Positions 26,078 through 38,520 of a DNA stretch of 64,000 nt are shown piece after piece. A program made the translations under genes and the position numbers. A model generated the notes under the pieces. That model searched no databases. It saw only the letters and a program-made list of their open reading frames with translations, and had not been told where the DNA came from. Position 1 is the stretch's first letter. Each line of letters begins with the position of its first letter. The stretch lies in assembly GCF_009914755.1 (NCBI RefSeq), contig NC_060927.1; one strand, 5' to 3'. The DNA comes from the human T2T-CHM13v2.0 reference genome, Homo sapiens.

Positions 26078-29000
26078 CTATCCTTTGTGAAGCACCCACC
26101 ATGTTCCAGGTTACTGATATCGTACATTCATTATCGACTTAATGCTGAAAGATAAGTGTGATTGTCCCTGCTTTACAGTTTGTGAAGTAGGGAGGTGTAG
26201 TGGTTAAATATATTCAAAGTCATATGGCTAGGAAGTCTGGTGTCAGGGTTCAAAACCAGGACGTTTGAGTTTCAAATTGCTGGGTTTTTTCCTCCACTCT
26301 TTATAGTATTCTGCTTCTGTATTCTGTAGTTTCTGGTCACACAAAACACAATGTAAAATGTCAGCATAAGTGGGAAGTTTTCTAAAAAGTAAATGTGTGA
26401 ATAATGTGCTAAGAAATTCAGGACCCAGGTCTCAACACTACATAGAGAAGAATAATGACATTTGTCTTGAGTTTGGTATCCTTGACACCACCATGTTTTG
26501 TCTGTTAGCCTGCCAAATGTGTGTGTGTGTGTGTGTGTTTTAATCATCTTTCTCTTTATTAGTATAATATAATTTTACCTGCCTTGATATCATGTAGGCA
26601 TAAGGTATTAGTCTTGTTCCATTTGTAAAGATTCCAGGAGTGTTCTGCTTTTTATAACACTTCAAAGTTTTGTGCTTGGAGCTCCACTATCCAAGAGAGG
26701 CAAATGGCTGTTAAGGAATCTAGTAAAACATTCCAATATAAAAACCTTCAGGGGCACATGGTGATCCATTAATAAAACAGAAATTCAAATGAAAACTTTA
26801 GTTTAACAATTAAGATGATCCTGACTCCTTGCTAAATTCCCATTGTCTTATGGGATACAAGAATGCAATATGAGATATTGTACAATGCCTTTAGTATTTT
26901 TTCTAATAGATTTAGTTCCATCACGAACTGCTAAAACAGTGTGAGAAAATTCTTGAAGAAGTTATATAAATATTAATGTATTTCAGAGTTTTGCTTATTG
27001 TATTGATATATGTTCAAAATGATGTATTTTTTCAGCAATACAAAGGATATAACTTATCTCACCTTTCTTTAGGCAAATGAATGACAACAAATTACAATAG
27101 TACAATATCACTAGATATCTTCTAAGTTCAGTGATTAAAATGTACCTACTAAAGAGAAATAATACTTTAATCACTGTAAAAACCCAAGCAAAGTAGAATT
27201 TTTCAAAGCCCTGTGGAGTGGCAACCCTATATCTTTAATATCTAAGAACTAGAAAATAATTTTAAATATACATATGTTTTATATTCCTTAAGAGCAAGTG
27301 ACTTTAGGTGAGAGGAGACCAAAACTTAAGTGAATTACCATTTAAAGCAAAAGATCAAACTAGAATGTTAAATTGTAGCAAAAAAGGAAGAAATTATGTG
27401 ACTCTTTCATACTATAATATTACCAGTTTGGAAAATAGGCCTAGTAATAAAGTTTGTTTTACTAATTCTTTCTAAATTCCAGGCCAAAAATATCATGTAA
27501 CTTTAACATGGCTTTCATTTCCAGTCATGTACAGAAGAGTCCTTTAATCTTATCTTGCTAAAGAAAAGAAATATTTTTTGCCTTAAAACTGTATTCTATA
27601 AATCAGTTCATGTCTGTCTTTCTACATACAAATTAATTTCTGTTTGTTGATTAAAATCTGCTGGGGCAGAGAGGTAGCTGTTTGATGTAATTGGTCTATC
27701 AAGTTTAAATGCAAATGATTAAGTAGGGTAAACATTAGCAGGGATGGCAAACAGAACCAAAAGCATTTTCTCATGGTACTCTGCTGGAAAGCTGATGTGA
27801 TTTCTAGACAGAACAGACAGCTTACCCAAAACTATCTAAGTACAAATATGGCTACCTCTTTCTTCTACATTCTCTCTCACCTGTTCCAATTAGCTGTAGG
27901 AATCCTCAGGGAGAACTGCATTTCACAATTAGATTTTAGAATTGCCGTACCCTTAATAAATACGGGAGCCTTTAATGTAATATCTGCTATCTTTTCTTAT
28001 TTCAATTTACCTCACCTAACAACCACTTTGTTTTCAGAGCCTCTTTGTAGAAGGTCAGTGTGCAGTAGATTGGCTTTGTTCACAGACTACACAGGATCCT
28101 CACTGGAGGTTTTGTTTAGAGCTCATATCAGTTAATGTCTCCCAAATTATTTCTTAAGTGTTACACTTGATTTACCACCAGTTTCCACATTATTTCACAA
28201 TACAAAAACTCACAAAAAATTACCATACTTTCTTCATATTAATACACAAAGAATGATGAACTTTTCCTGTAAGCCTGCCTGCCTTCTTCTTCCTTCCTCT
28301 TTTCTCATCTCCTTCCTAGCTTCTTTCACTCACCATCTCTTCTTTTTTCCCTTTTCTTTCTTTTTTTCTTAGGATTCTGTATTTTTACGATGCAAGCTCT
28401 GTTTGTGGTGGGTGTTTAGATGACATTAAAAGATCTCTCTTTTAAAATATTTCCTTTCCAACTTCAGCAACTATGGAGAAAATGCTGATACAATATTTAA
28501 AATTTAATATACGAAAGTTAATTTTCTATTACATACTCCATTGCATGTTATAGTAATGCACTTGAAATATATTATCTCCATTTCATATCACCATGCCAAA
28601 CTTACAAAAATTCAGTATCTTTAAAATACCAAGACTATTTAGAACAAATACATGATGTGGTGTTCATAAAAACAATATTGGATTAAGAGTCACAAGAGTC
28701 ATTTCCTTAACTCGGTTCTATCTTCAACACTTTAAATTCTCTGGTCCTTAGCTTCTTTAGTTACAGGATGAGTGACTGCAATAAATTATCTCTAAGGTCA
28801 CTTATCATTTCAAATGTACATCTTGGAATCACTAAACATTTCCTTATAAAAGGGCAATAACAGAAATATTTCCTACAGCTGGAGTCTTCTTATCTGCCAA
28901 CCTCAACCATTCAGAGCCCAGCTCTGCAGGAAACACCCAGGTTTTGAGCAGTCAAAATAAATGCTGATGTCCATGAACCAAACTTTATTCACAAGGAAAC

Positions 29001-31469
29001 TCCTTGGGCCCCTCTCACAGAGACTGTTTACTCTTTACATTGAATCTCTTTTAAAGTTTGATTATGTTGTTTTCAAAGGCCTGGCATGTTAGTGGCAAAC
29101 TGGAAAGGGACTATGAGACAATCACAGAAGGGAGCAATAAATGGGCGAGTGCTTCGAAGGCTCTGAGGTGCTGCACAAATGCGGGCTGTTATCATTAGCG
29201 AGAGTGACTGACAACTGACAGGAATAGTGAGAGAAAAGATAAATCATTGTAAACAAAGCACAGGAATTTCAAAATACTGTTTGGGGTGGGGCTGTTTAGT
29301 ATATTGGCAAGTCGGTTGAAACAGTTCAGTAATTCCTGAAAGTCTCACTGAATTATAGCATAGTATGTGCTTATAGAAATAACAGTTATCAAGGAGATGT
29401 TTATTTACATTCTGAATAATATTTGGTTTAACAGATAGTGTAACTGGAAAGTGAAATCTTAAGCACTATATAATGGTATTTTGACATGTAATTTTATTTG
29501 ACATCAGAAGAGTATGCAAGATGCTCCAGATGTTCCAAATATTCTCCATCTAAAATAATTTAAAAATAAAAATCTATAAGGTATAAGAATCTAGATTTCA
29601 AATACCTAGAAAATAATATCTGAGTGATCTTGAATACATAAAATATTACTTTAATTTTGAAATGTAGTTTATTTTTCTTATCCATAATGGTAGTAATTAA
29701 GATGAATAATATTAATTCATTTTGTTCCCTATTTAAATGAAACAGTACTATGCCTGAATCAGAATTTCCTGCATGCAGCATGGCTTCTAAGCTCACAAGC
29801 TTATTATGAGAGTAGTATTGGAAAGATATAAAGCATAGTGCCTGCCAATACTTAAAACATATTACATGCTGAGGCAATGCAATAAAAATGTTTAATAATT
29901 CTTAAGTGATAGTGGCAACCAATCTAAAGCAAACTCAAGTTACAGTTGAAAACACTTATCAATTGATATAGAGTTAGAAACCAAAATCAAAGTTTGTTCA
30001 ATGTCAAGTTACTAAAATATTCATTGAAAACTCCAACAGCAAATTAAATTATAAGATGAAAATAAGAAATCTGACATACTATCTTTTTGCCAGTCCAGGC
30101 ATAAAAGTAATAGGGCTAGAAATTCCAACTGAAAATTAACTGTATGCTTTTTCTCATATTGGAGAATCTGAATCCTAGAATATTTAAGCCTTGTCTTATA
30201 TCATATTATGCATAAATAAACTGAAGCCCAAGAAAGCAAGGTCACAATGAGGTTAAGATGAAACAAGAAACTTGTTTTCTCTAGTCTCTTTACACTAGTG
30301 TTCTTTCAAGTATGAGTTATAAAACAGATATTTTATGTAGAATTTTTTTTAAAAAATTCTTATCATCTACTACCTAACATTAGTGGCAGACAGCATTGTA
30401 AGAATGAAGACCTGGGTGGTTATCAGAGTCCATGTTCTTCAGGGCTTGAGGCCATGCTTTTGGAAATCATTTCCCAGAGCCGGGGCATTTGAGGAGAGTA
30501 CAGAAAAGCAAATGAATGGTGAATAGGAGAAAGGCCATCAGCCAGGCAGCTGCAGGTTAGACGGATGGATTGACTTCCCAGCAGAGCAGGGCACAGTTTG
30601 CTCAATTACCCTTTTGTACAGCTGGGAAAGAAAGACAGGAACATCAGAGACTGCTATCTCTCAGTTACCAATAACTTTTGAAAGAGGTATTTGAAAGACA
30701 TATAAATGATATTTTCCACTGCCTCCCTGTGCAGGGAAAGCATTGTATGTCAAGTCAAAACTGAAATTCACTAGTAACCAAAATTAACAGCCATAGTCTT
30801 TGGCAACTATCTTTGGTCACACTATCACCTAGAATTGGCTTTGTACTTTGTATCAGAGCTTTACATGAGGTCCTTGATCTACTCATCAGTGTTTTCAGAA
30901 AGACTTCTGGATTCCCAAATAAATTCAGAAACTTCTCTTAAAAAGAAAAATTAGTACTGATTAAAAAGCACAGTATTACAGAACTTGTTATTAACATTTT
31001 ATTTTTGCATTTACTTTTTCCAATCTCAAATTGGTAAGCACAAAGCTTAAGAAAACAAACAACAGTATTTCTTTAGGAGAGTTTAAGTTCCAGCTTTGGG
31101 TTTTTCTCTTTCTGTAGTTTATAGTGTGTGGCAAAAAGGGCTCGCGTGTGTTAAAGCCAAAATGCATTTTGCATTAACAATTTGCGTTTAGAAATCCAAG
31201 CACCTAACACCACCAGAGTTAATATTTGCTTTGGACTCTTCTACTTATTTAGTCTCAAGCTTTTCCAAAGAGCTAACACAAAAAGACAGCTTTCCTATTT
31301 GCCTAGTGAGTGTGTGATTTCACACATAGTGTATGATATGCTTCTACAGAGACTTGGTATTAGCTGTTTTTCATGTGAGCTGTGTACTTAGTTATGTTGG
31401 GAAATGTGAACTTTGTAGTTGAAAAATGCAGCAAACTGACTGAGGCTCATATCGATTCTACTTTAGAAA

Positions 31470-32010
31470 TGTCTCCTGTCTCCTTTTCACTGTGCCTCTT
31501 TTTCATTCCCACTGCCCTATTTCACTATGAGTACATAACCTAAACACTTTAACACGATTACCTTCCCCGAGTCCCTTCTCCAGCTAGTTTGCCTTCATAC
31601 TGCTGCCATAATTTTCAATAGCAAAAATCTGACCACTTCACTGCCATCCTTAAAATGAACCAAAAATCCTTTTGTTGACTCCACATTCTTTACAGAATAA
31701 AGTCCAAATTGTTTAAGCTATTATTTAAGGCTTTCAAAGTATCACCCCATTGCTTCTTTCCCAGGTGCCTTTCCTTCCATCACCTCCTACAGCCCCTAAA
31801 CCTCAGCCACACTGGCTGAACATGATTATACCCTTGCTCCAGCCTTTCTCTTGCAAGGAGTTTCCTTCATCCTTCTTTCCACTTGAAGAAATTCTTATCT
31901 GTGATGATTCAGTATAAATGTCCATTCCAGGCAAAGCCTTCTCCAGCCTATTCATCAATCCCTCCTCTGCTCCTGCAACATTTGGCATATAATCTCCATT
32001 ATTCCAATAA
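31470..32010 (+). mobile_element. L2 fragment
   Basis: aaaatctgaccacttcact...cagaataaagtccaaa motifs. Confidence 0.6.
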
Positions 32011-32128
32011 ATAAAAGCCAAAGAGACATAATAACTTTCAGCACTCGTTGTATGAAAAGCACTTTTTTAAAGCAACTTATACTTATTAATTTAGTATATT
32101 CATGATAACACTATGAGCATGATACTAT

Positions 32129-32963
32129 TAAAAGGGGGAAAGTTCCCTTGTCCCCCTCACAGGGCATGCGACAGGGGGAGTGGCTCGCTTCTTCAGTGCC
32201 CCACTGCTCAAACCTCTAGGGAGCACACAGACGGGCAGGTTATGGGGCAGGTTATGGAGCTCCGACCCTATCGCAGTGTCTTGTGCTCTTTTAGTTTCGC
32301 CGTCTATAGGCGGCTTGTGTTAACCAGCTTAATTAGACCTTCTACGTTGTCACAAGGACAGAGGGCTTTCTGTATCTCGGGTTCTTGCCTTGGTGTACCG
32401 GAAGAATCAGATCACGTATGGGCTTGGAGAATGAGTGCAAGCTTTTATTTAGTGGAGGTAGCTCTCAGCAGATGGGGGAAGCCAGAAGGAGGATGAAGTG
32501 GGAAGGTTTTCTCCTGGAGTCTGGCCACTCAGCGGCCTAGCCTCTCCTTCAGCTGCCCCCGCCAACTCCGCGTCTTTCTGTTTCTGCAAGCCCACGGCCT
32601 GCCGGCCTGCTGGTGCCTGTCAATACATACCTCTTGACGTCCAGCTGCTCGTTTGTTCCCCCCACCTTCCCCCCGCCGATGTGCTGCTCCTCCAGACGAC
32701 CACCTGTGTGTCTCTGCCTGCTAGGGTCTCAGGGTTTTTGTAGGCCCAGGATGGGGGCATGGCAGGCCAGGGTGGTCTTGGGAAATGCAACATTTGGGCA
32801 GGAAAACAAAAATGCCTGTCTTCACCTAGGTGTGGGGACACAGGCCTGGGGGTGGAGCCCTAGCCAGGGACCACGTCCCCCTCTACCCAGCTCTTCCCTT
32901 CCCCCTTCTGTATCATTTAAAGGGACCACGCTCTTCCCTTCCCAGCACTTCCCTTCCATATCA
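32129..32963 (-). mobile_element. LTR1-family (ERV1, HUERS-P2-type) solo LTR
   Basis: GC-rich LTR beginning tgatatggaagggaagtgctggg on the - strand; 4-bp TSD CTAT at 32125-32128 and 32964-32967. Confidence 0.8.
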
Positions 32964-33187
32964 CTATCATTGTCCTCAATTTTACAGCTGGGAAACATTA
33001 GTGCATATTGGCTAAGTAACTCACTAGAAGTCACCTAGCTTATTAGTAGCAGAGCTGGATTCATCCTTACCAGGTCTGAGGCCAGAAACAATGCCTTAAT
33101 TGCTACGCTCTGCTGCTAATTATGTTTCATTTCTGTCTTCTAGATTTTTATCTCCTTGGAAGAGGTAGCTTATTTATATGTATATGT

Positions 33188-33565
33188 TGTATTAGACCGT
33201 CCTCTCATTGCTATAAAGAACTACCCGAGACTGAGTAATTTATAAAGAAAAGAGGTTTAATTGACTCAGTTCCACCAGCTGTACAGGGAACACAGCTGAG
33301 GAGGCCTCAGGAAACTTGCAATCATGGCGGAAGGTGAAGAGGAACCAGGGACATCTTACATGGCCAGAGAAGGAGGAAGAGAGTGATGAGGAAGCTGCCA
33401 CAGGCTTTTAAACCACCAGCTCTTATGAGAAGGCACTATCTTGAGAACAACAAGGGGGAAATCCACGCCCATAATCCAGTCACCTCCTACCAGGCCCCTC
33501 TTCCAGCATTGGGGATTATAATTAGACATGAGATTTGTGCAGGAACACAAATCCAAATCATATCA
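33188..33565 (-). mobile_element. MSTA-type solo LTR
   Basis: tgtattag...ctataaagaactacccgagactg...caaatccaaatcatatca; TSD tatgt/tatgc. Confidence 0.9.
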
Positions 33566-35104
33566 TATGCCCAGCAGGAGTATAGTATCTGGACATTTTA
33601 GCCAATCAATAGCTTTATGTCCAATTTATCTGAATTAATACGAATCAGAGCCTTTTAGATTAAGGAAATTTTATTTTTAAAAATAAAAATATTTTCACAG
33701 AAAAACATTCTTAGAAAAAATATTGAGGACTGTTTGGCACAGATCAGTAATAAATAACTTATTAAATTCTAATCAGATGTTTAGCATATATCTTTTACAG
33801 TCTTTGGATTATATCAACAATATTAGATAAAGATATAACCTACACTATTCTTCAGATATATTTAATTTTTTTCATTTTCAAAAGATTTTATTGGCTTTCC
33901 CACAGAAATCATTATAAATATTCTCATAGCTACAAAGGCTTTAGAACAAATAGAAAATTTCCATAACTTTATCTTTCTGAAGTATAATTGTGTTGAAGTA
34001 TGATCAGCGATTTTTATTGATCTTATGTGTTTACCTTGGTGACTGTTAAATAAGATTTTGTATTGGAAATTTTCTTTGTTGAACAGCTCCCTGTTTTTAA
34101 AATTAGAAACACAAATTTATGGATTTCTACATAACAAACTCTCTAAAATGATACTCTTTACCTAAGAAGTATGTAATATATGCCTGTTAATTAAACATGT
34201 ACTAATAGTTATATTTGCATGTTGAGGCTTCCTGCAATTCACAAAACATAAAGAAAATGTTTTAAATTGATTCTAGGGGTGGTGTTCTTATTAGCTGTTG
34301 TAAATACACAGAGAGGTAGAATTGTAGCTGAAGAACACACACTTATAGCATATTTTTGTAGGACTCAGGTGGGAATGAACTTGAAAATTACCATTGGATT
34401 TTCAGACAGTAATACAAAGTATTTCAGTCTTTTCCATGTGGTTTGTTTGTTTGGTTTCCAATTAATTACTTCCTGGGGGAAGCATTGGGAGTTGTTTCAG
34501 TTATAGATTCATAACAAAATGAGATTCATAAACTAAATACATGATATAATCTGAAGCCCTGCTAGGACTCTTACAGCTCGTCTTTATAACCTAGTATTCC
34601 TTTAATGAGTAGGAACAGTGAACTTTTTTTTAAACCCAAATGACACTATTGTCTTTAAAAGCTGTTAAAAATAGCAGAGCCAAAGACGTAATATTATAAT
34701 ATTCAGTTAGGGGAATTTTGAGTGTCATTATCTCCCTAAGCAGTAACCATGAACAAATTATCAAAGCCATTGTCTCTTTTAAAATGGAAAGATGAACCAA
34801 ATGTATTAGCACCTCAGTGGGATTGGGAATATGTGAAAAACATAATCATAAAACAGCAATTGCTAAGCCTCTACTCAAGACACTCTTGTTCATCAGAGGT
34901 TTTGGTGCTGTTGGAAAGTCAGCACCTGCTGAAATCTGCCTGGGGATTCAGCTGCCTAGACTGGAATCACCTCTGCTAATGGATGCCAAAGCTTTGCCCT
35001 TGAAGATGTTTGTGTCCTTCCCTCTCCCTATACCAGTGGAATTTAGATGAGACTGTCTAAATGTAGAATATATTGCATAGGCTGAAGAAATTGTGTGTAT
35101 CACT

Positions 35105-35790
35105 TGTTTTTAATTAATAGACTATTTTTATCTGTTCTTAGTTTATGGGAAAATTTGAGTGGAAAGTAAAGAGCTCCTATATAGGCCCGCAATTCCCTGC
35201 CTCCCCACCCCCTTGCCCCTAGTTTCCCCTATTATTAACATCTTTGCATTAGTGTGGTACATTTGTTGCAATTGGTGAGCCGATGTTGATACATTATTAT
35301 TGACTATAGTCCCTAGCTTACATTAGATTTTCCTGTTGTGTTGTACATTTTATGGGTTTCGACAAACACTTAATAATGTTTATTCATTATCATATCAGAA
35401 TAATTTCACTGCCCTAAAAATGTCCTGTTCTCCGTCTATTCATTCTTTCCTCCCTCCCTTGAGACCCTGGCAACCACTGGTCTCTTTACTATCTCCATAG
35501 TTTTGCCTTTTCCAGAATGGCATATAGTTGGAATCATACAGTATTTAGCCTTTTCAGACTGGCTTCTTTTACTTCGCAGTATGCATTTCAGGTCCCTTCG
35601 TGTTTTTTTCATGGCTTGCTGGCTCATTTCTTTTTATTGCTAAATAATATTTCATTGTCTGGATTACCACAATTTTTTCATTCATCTATCGAAGGACATC
35701 TTGTCCAAGTTTTAGAAGTTATAAGTAAAGCTTGTATAAACATTCTTGTTCAGGTTTTTGTGTGGACATAAACTTGCAACTCATTTGAAA
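35105..35790 (-). mobile_element. L1MC-type 3' end
   Basis: ccctattattaacatc...gtgtggtacatttgtt...ccctggcaaccactg...cttttcagactggcttctt. Confidence 0.8.
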
Positions 35791-36619
35791 AGTCGTTAAT
35801 TGTGAAAAGTGTTTTTGACAGAGAGGAAAGACACAGGTCTTTAAGTTAGAAAGACTTTAATCTCAACCTTGCCATTTTAGTCATTCAGTACGTTTTTATT
35901 GGAGGTCTACTGTGCTACCCCTGCCGTTTTTGGTGTTAGAAATGCATATAGGGCTCCTCTGCCTGTAACCTGAGTGCCCCACCTACATTAAAAAGCCTCA
36001 TTAGACTTCTGGTTCCTGATCTGAAAGATGCCTATCTTCTTGAATATTCATGATTTTCTATTTTATTTTGAAAATTAGAACAGCTGCCACGGACAGGACT
36101 TGTATTTCCTGGGAGCAAGTGCCAAATTGCTACATAGCATCCCATTGAGAAAGAAGTGATAAAATGTGTTAGTTCATTTTCTTTCTAGTCCTTCTAACCT
36201 ATATGTTTTTTAAAATATTTGTCTAAATATGAAAAGCATTTTAATACTTTCCAAAACAATATTCTTGAATTATCCACAATATAAAATGAAATAAGGACAT
36301 GGAATCATTTTTTGTATATCTAATAGTGATGAGAATTGGACTTGAGCTGAGAATTCATTTTGAGCTCTATCTCCATCACATACTGGCTTCGTGATATTGG
36401 CTTATTCTCTTGACTTTGCAGGGAGAACAGTTTCCTATTGGTAAAATGAAGGATAATAATATTTGTTCATCATACAGGTTTCTTTGCTTATCATACAGGA
36501 CTTTTGTGAAGCCCAAATGCAAAAATGTACAATGTATATAAAAGAATGTTGCAAACTATAAAACACCATAAAAACATTCAGTATTATTACCAATTGCTTT
36601 AATGTATTTCTAGGTCTAT

Positions 36620-37925
36620 TTAATCTTTTATTGTATATATTTAATCTATACAACATGAGGTTTTGATATACATATGCCTTGTGAAATGATGACTACAGTT
36701 AAGCAAATCAACATATCACTCTCCTCACATAGTTATCATTTTTTGTGTGTGATGAGAGTACCTGAAATCCACTCTCTTAGAAAATTTCTACTATACAGTA
36801 CACTATTATTAACCACAGTCATCATGCTGTACTTTACATTTCTAGTTGTGTGTCCTATACAGTTGTAACTTTGTAGCCTTTGACCAACATCTCCCCACTT
36901 CTGACATCTTCCCACCCCTGGTAATCACCATCCACTCTCTGTTTCTGTGTATTTGCCTTTTCTAGATTCCACATATAAGTATGATTATGTAGCATTTGTC
37001 TTTCTTTGGCTTATTTCAATTAGCATAATGTTCTCCAGGTTCCTCTGTGTTGTCACAAATGGCAGGGTCTCCTTTGTTGAGGCTGAGTAATATTTTATTG
37101 TGTTTGTATCTATATAGACAATTTATTTATCCTTTCATCCATAAATAGACACTTTGGTTGTGTCCATATCTTGGCTATTGTGAATAATGCTGCAGTGAAC
37201 AGGGGAGTACAGGCATCTCAGTATTGATTCCTTTCTTTTAGGCATATACCCAGAAGTGGGATTGCTGGATTATCTGGTAGTTCTATTTTAACTTTTTGAG
37301 GAATCTTCACACCGTTTTTCATAATTGCTGTACCAATTTACATTGCCACCAAGAGCGTACAAGGATTTCCTTTTCTCTACATCCTCACCAATACTTGGTA
37401 TCTCTTGTTTTTTCAATAAGAACCATCTTAACAGGCATGAGATGATATGTCATTGTGATTTTGATTTAATTTCCCTAATGATGAGTGATGTTGAGTACCT
37501 TTTCATATATCTATTGGCTAATTATATGTCTTCTTTGGAAAAATGCCTATTCAGGTCATGTGCCTGTTTTTTTTATCTGCTTCTCTGTGGGTTTTGTTTT
37601 GTTTACTACTAAGTTTTATGAATTCCTTACATATTTTGGATATCAACCCTTTATCAGGTATATGGTTTGCAAATATTTTCTCCCTATTCATAGGCTGACT
37701 TTTTATTTTGCTGGTTGTTTCCTCTGCTGTGTAGAAGCTTTTTAGTTTAATATAGTCTTACCTGTGTATTTTAATTTTGTTGCCTGTGCTTTTGGTGTCT
37801 TATCCAAAAAAATTATTGCCAAGTCCAATGTCAAAGAGCTTTTCCCCTATGCATTCTTCTAAAAGCTTTAAGGTTTGTCTTACATTTAAGTCTTTAATCA
37901 ATGTTAAACTCATTTTTTGTATATT
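36620..37925 (-). mobile_element. L1MA (L1MA9-like) 3' end and ORF2 remnant
   Basis: Antisense L1 3'UTR followed by cccagaagtgggattgctggat...tcttctttggaaaaatgcctattcagg. Confidence 0.88.
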
Positions 37926-38059
37926 TTTTATTTTTAATTTAACTAACCCCTTACTAAATTGGGGTGGGATTTTTTCATCACATCAGTACTGAAATCTTTA
38001 TTTTCTGGAATTTCATAGTCTACTAATGTCAGTGGGTCAATACGGTTATGATCTGCCTA

Positions 38060-38520
38060 ATTTCCTCCAGATGTTAGGATCCTCTGAAAAGCAGATGTCA
38101 AAATGGATTTAACATACAAAGAATGTATTAGGAAAAACACCTATGCAAGAAAAAATGAGGAAGAAGATGGGGGTGGTCGGTGTGGAGAATAAGCATACCG
38201 CAGAGTAAAGATGGTCCCAAGTGAAAGGGAGAGGATATGAAGGTTGGGTGGAAGCGTTCTAGACTGTCATGCAGTCTAAGGAAGGTTCATCAGGGAATCG
38301 GGGTATCCGTGAGCTATAATCAGCCCTCATAGGAGTCTCTTGTAACCAAGAAACTTGCCTGTCTTAGTATACTTGTTGCATTCAATTATTAGCTGGGAAC
38401 AGCTGGTAAAAGTGTAACCTTAGCACAAATCTGGTAATAGACAGAATGTGGCAGTTGGGTAAGTTATGTTCCCAGCAGTTGGAGATCTATGAGGAACATT
38501 TTCATGTCCACTAGACTTCA
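38060..38520 (-). mobile_element. Old ERVL LTR (LTR16-like)
   Basis: ggatcctctgaaaagcagatg...ttgggtggaagcgttctagactg resembles LTR16-family consensus. Confidence 0.5.

Noticed and set aside
27773-28135. 120-aa ORF in unique intronic DNA
   Set aside because: No recognisable domain, codon bias or convincing exon borders; within chance expectation for 64 kb.
32113-33038. ORFs of 127 and 141 aa
   Set aside because: By-product of a GC-rich LTR; no splice context or protein motif.
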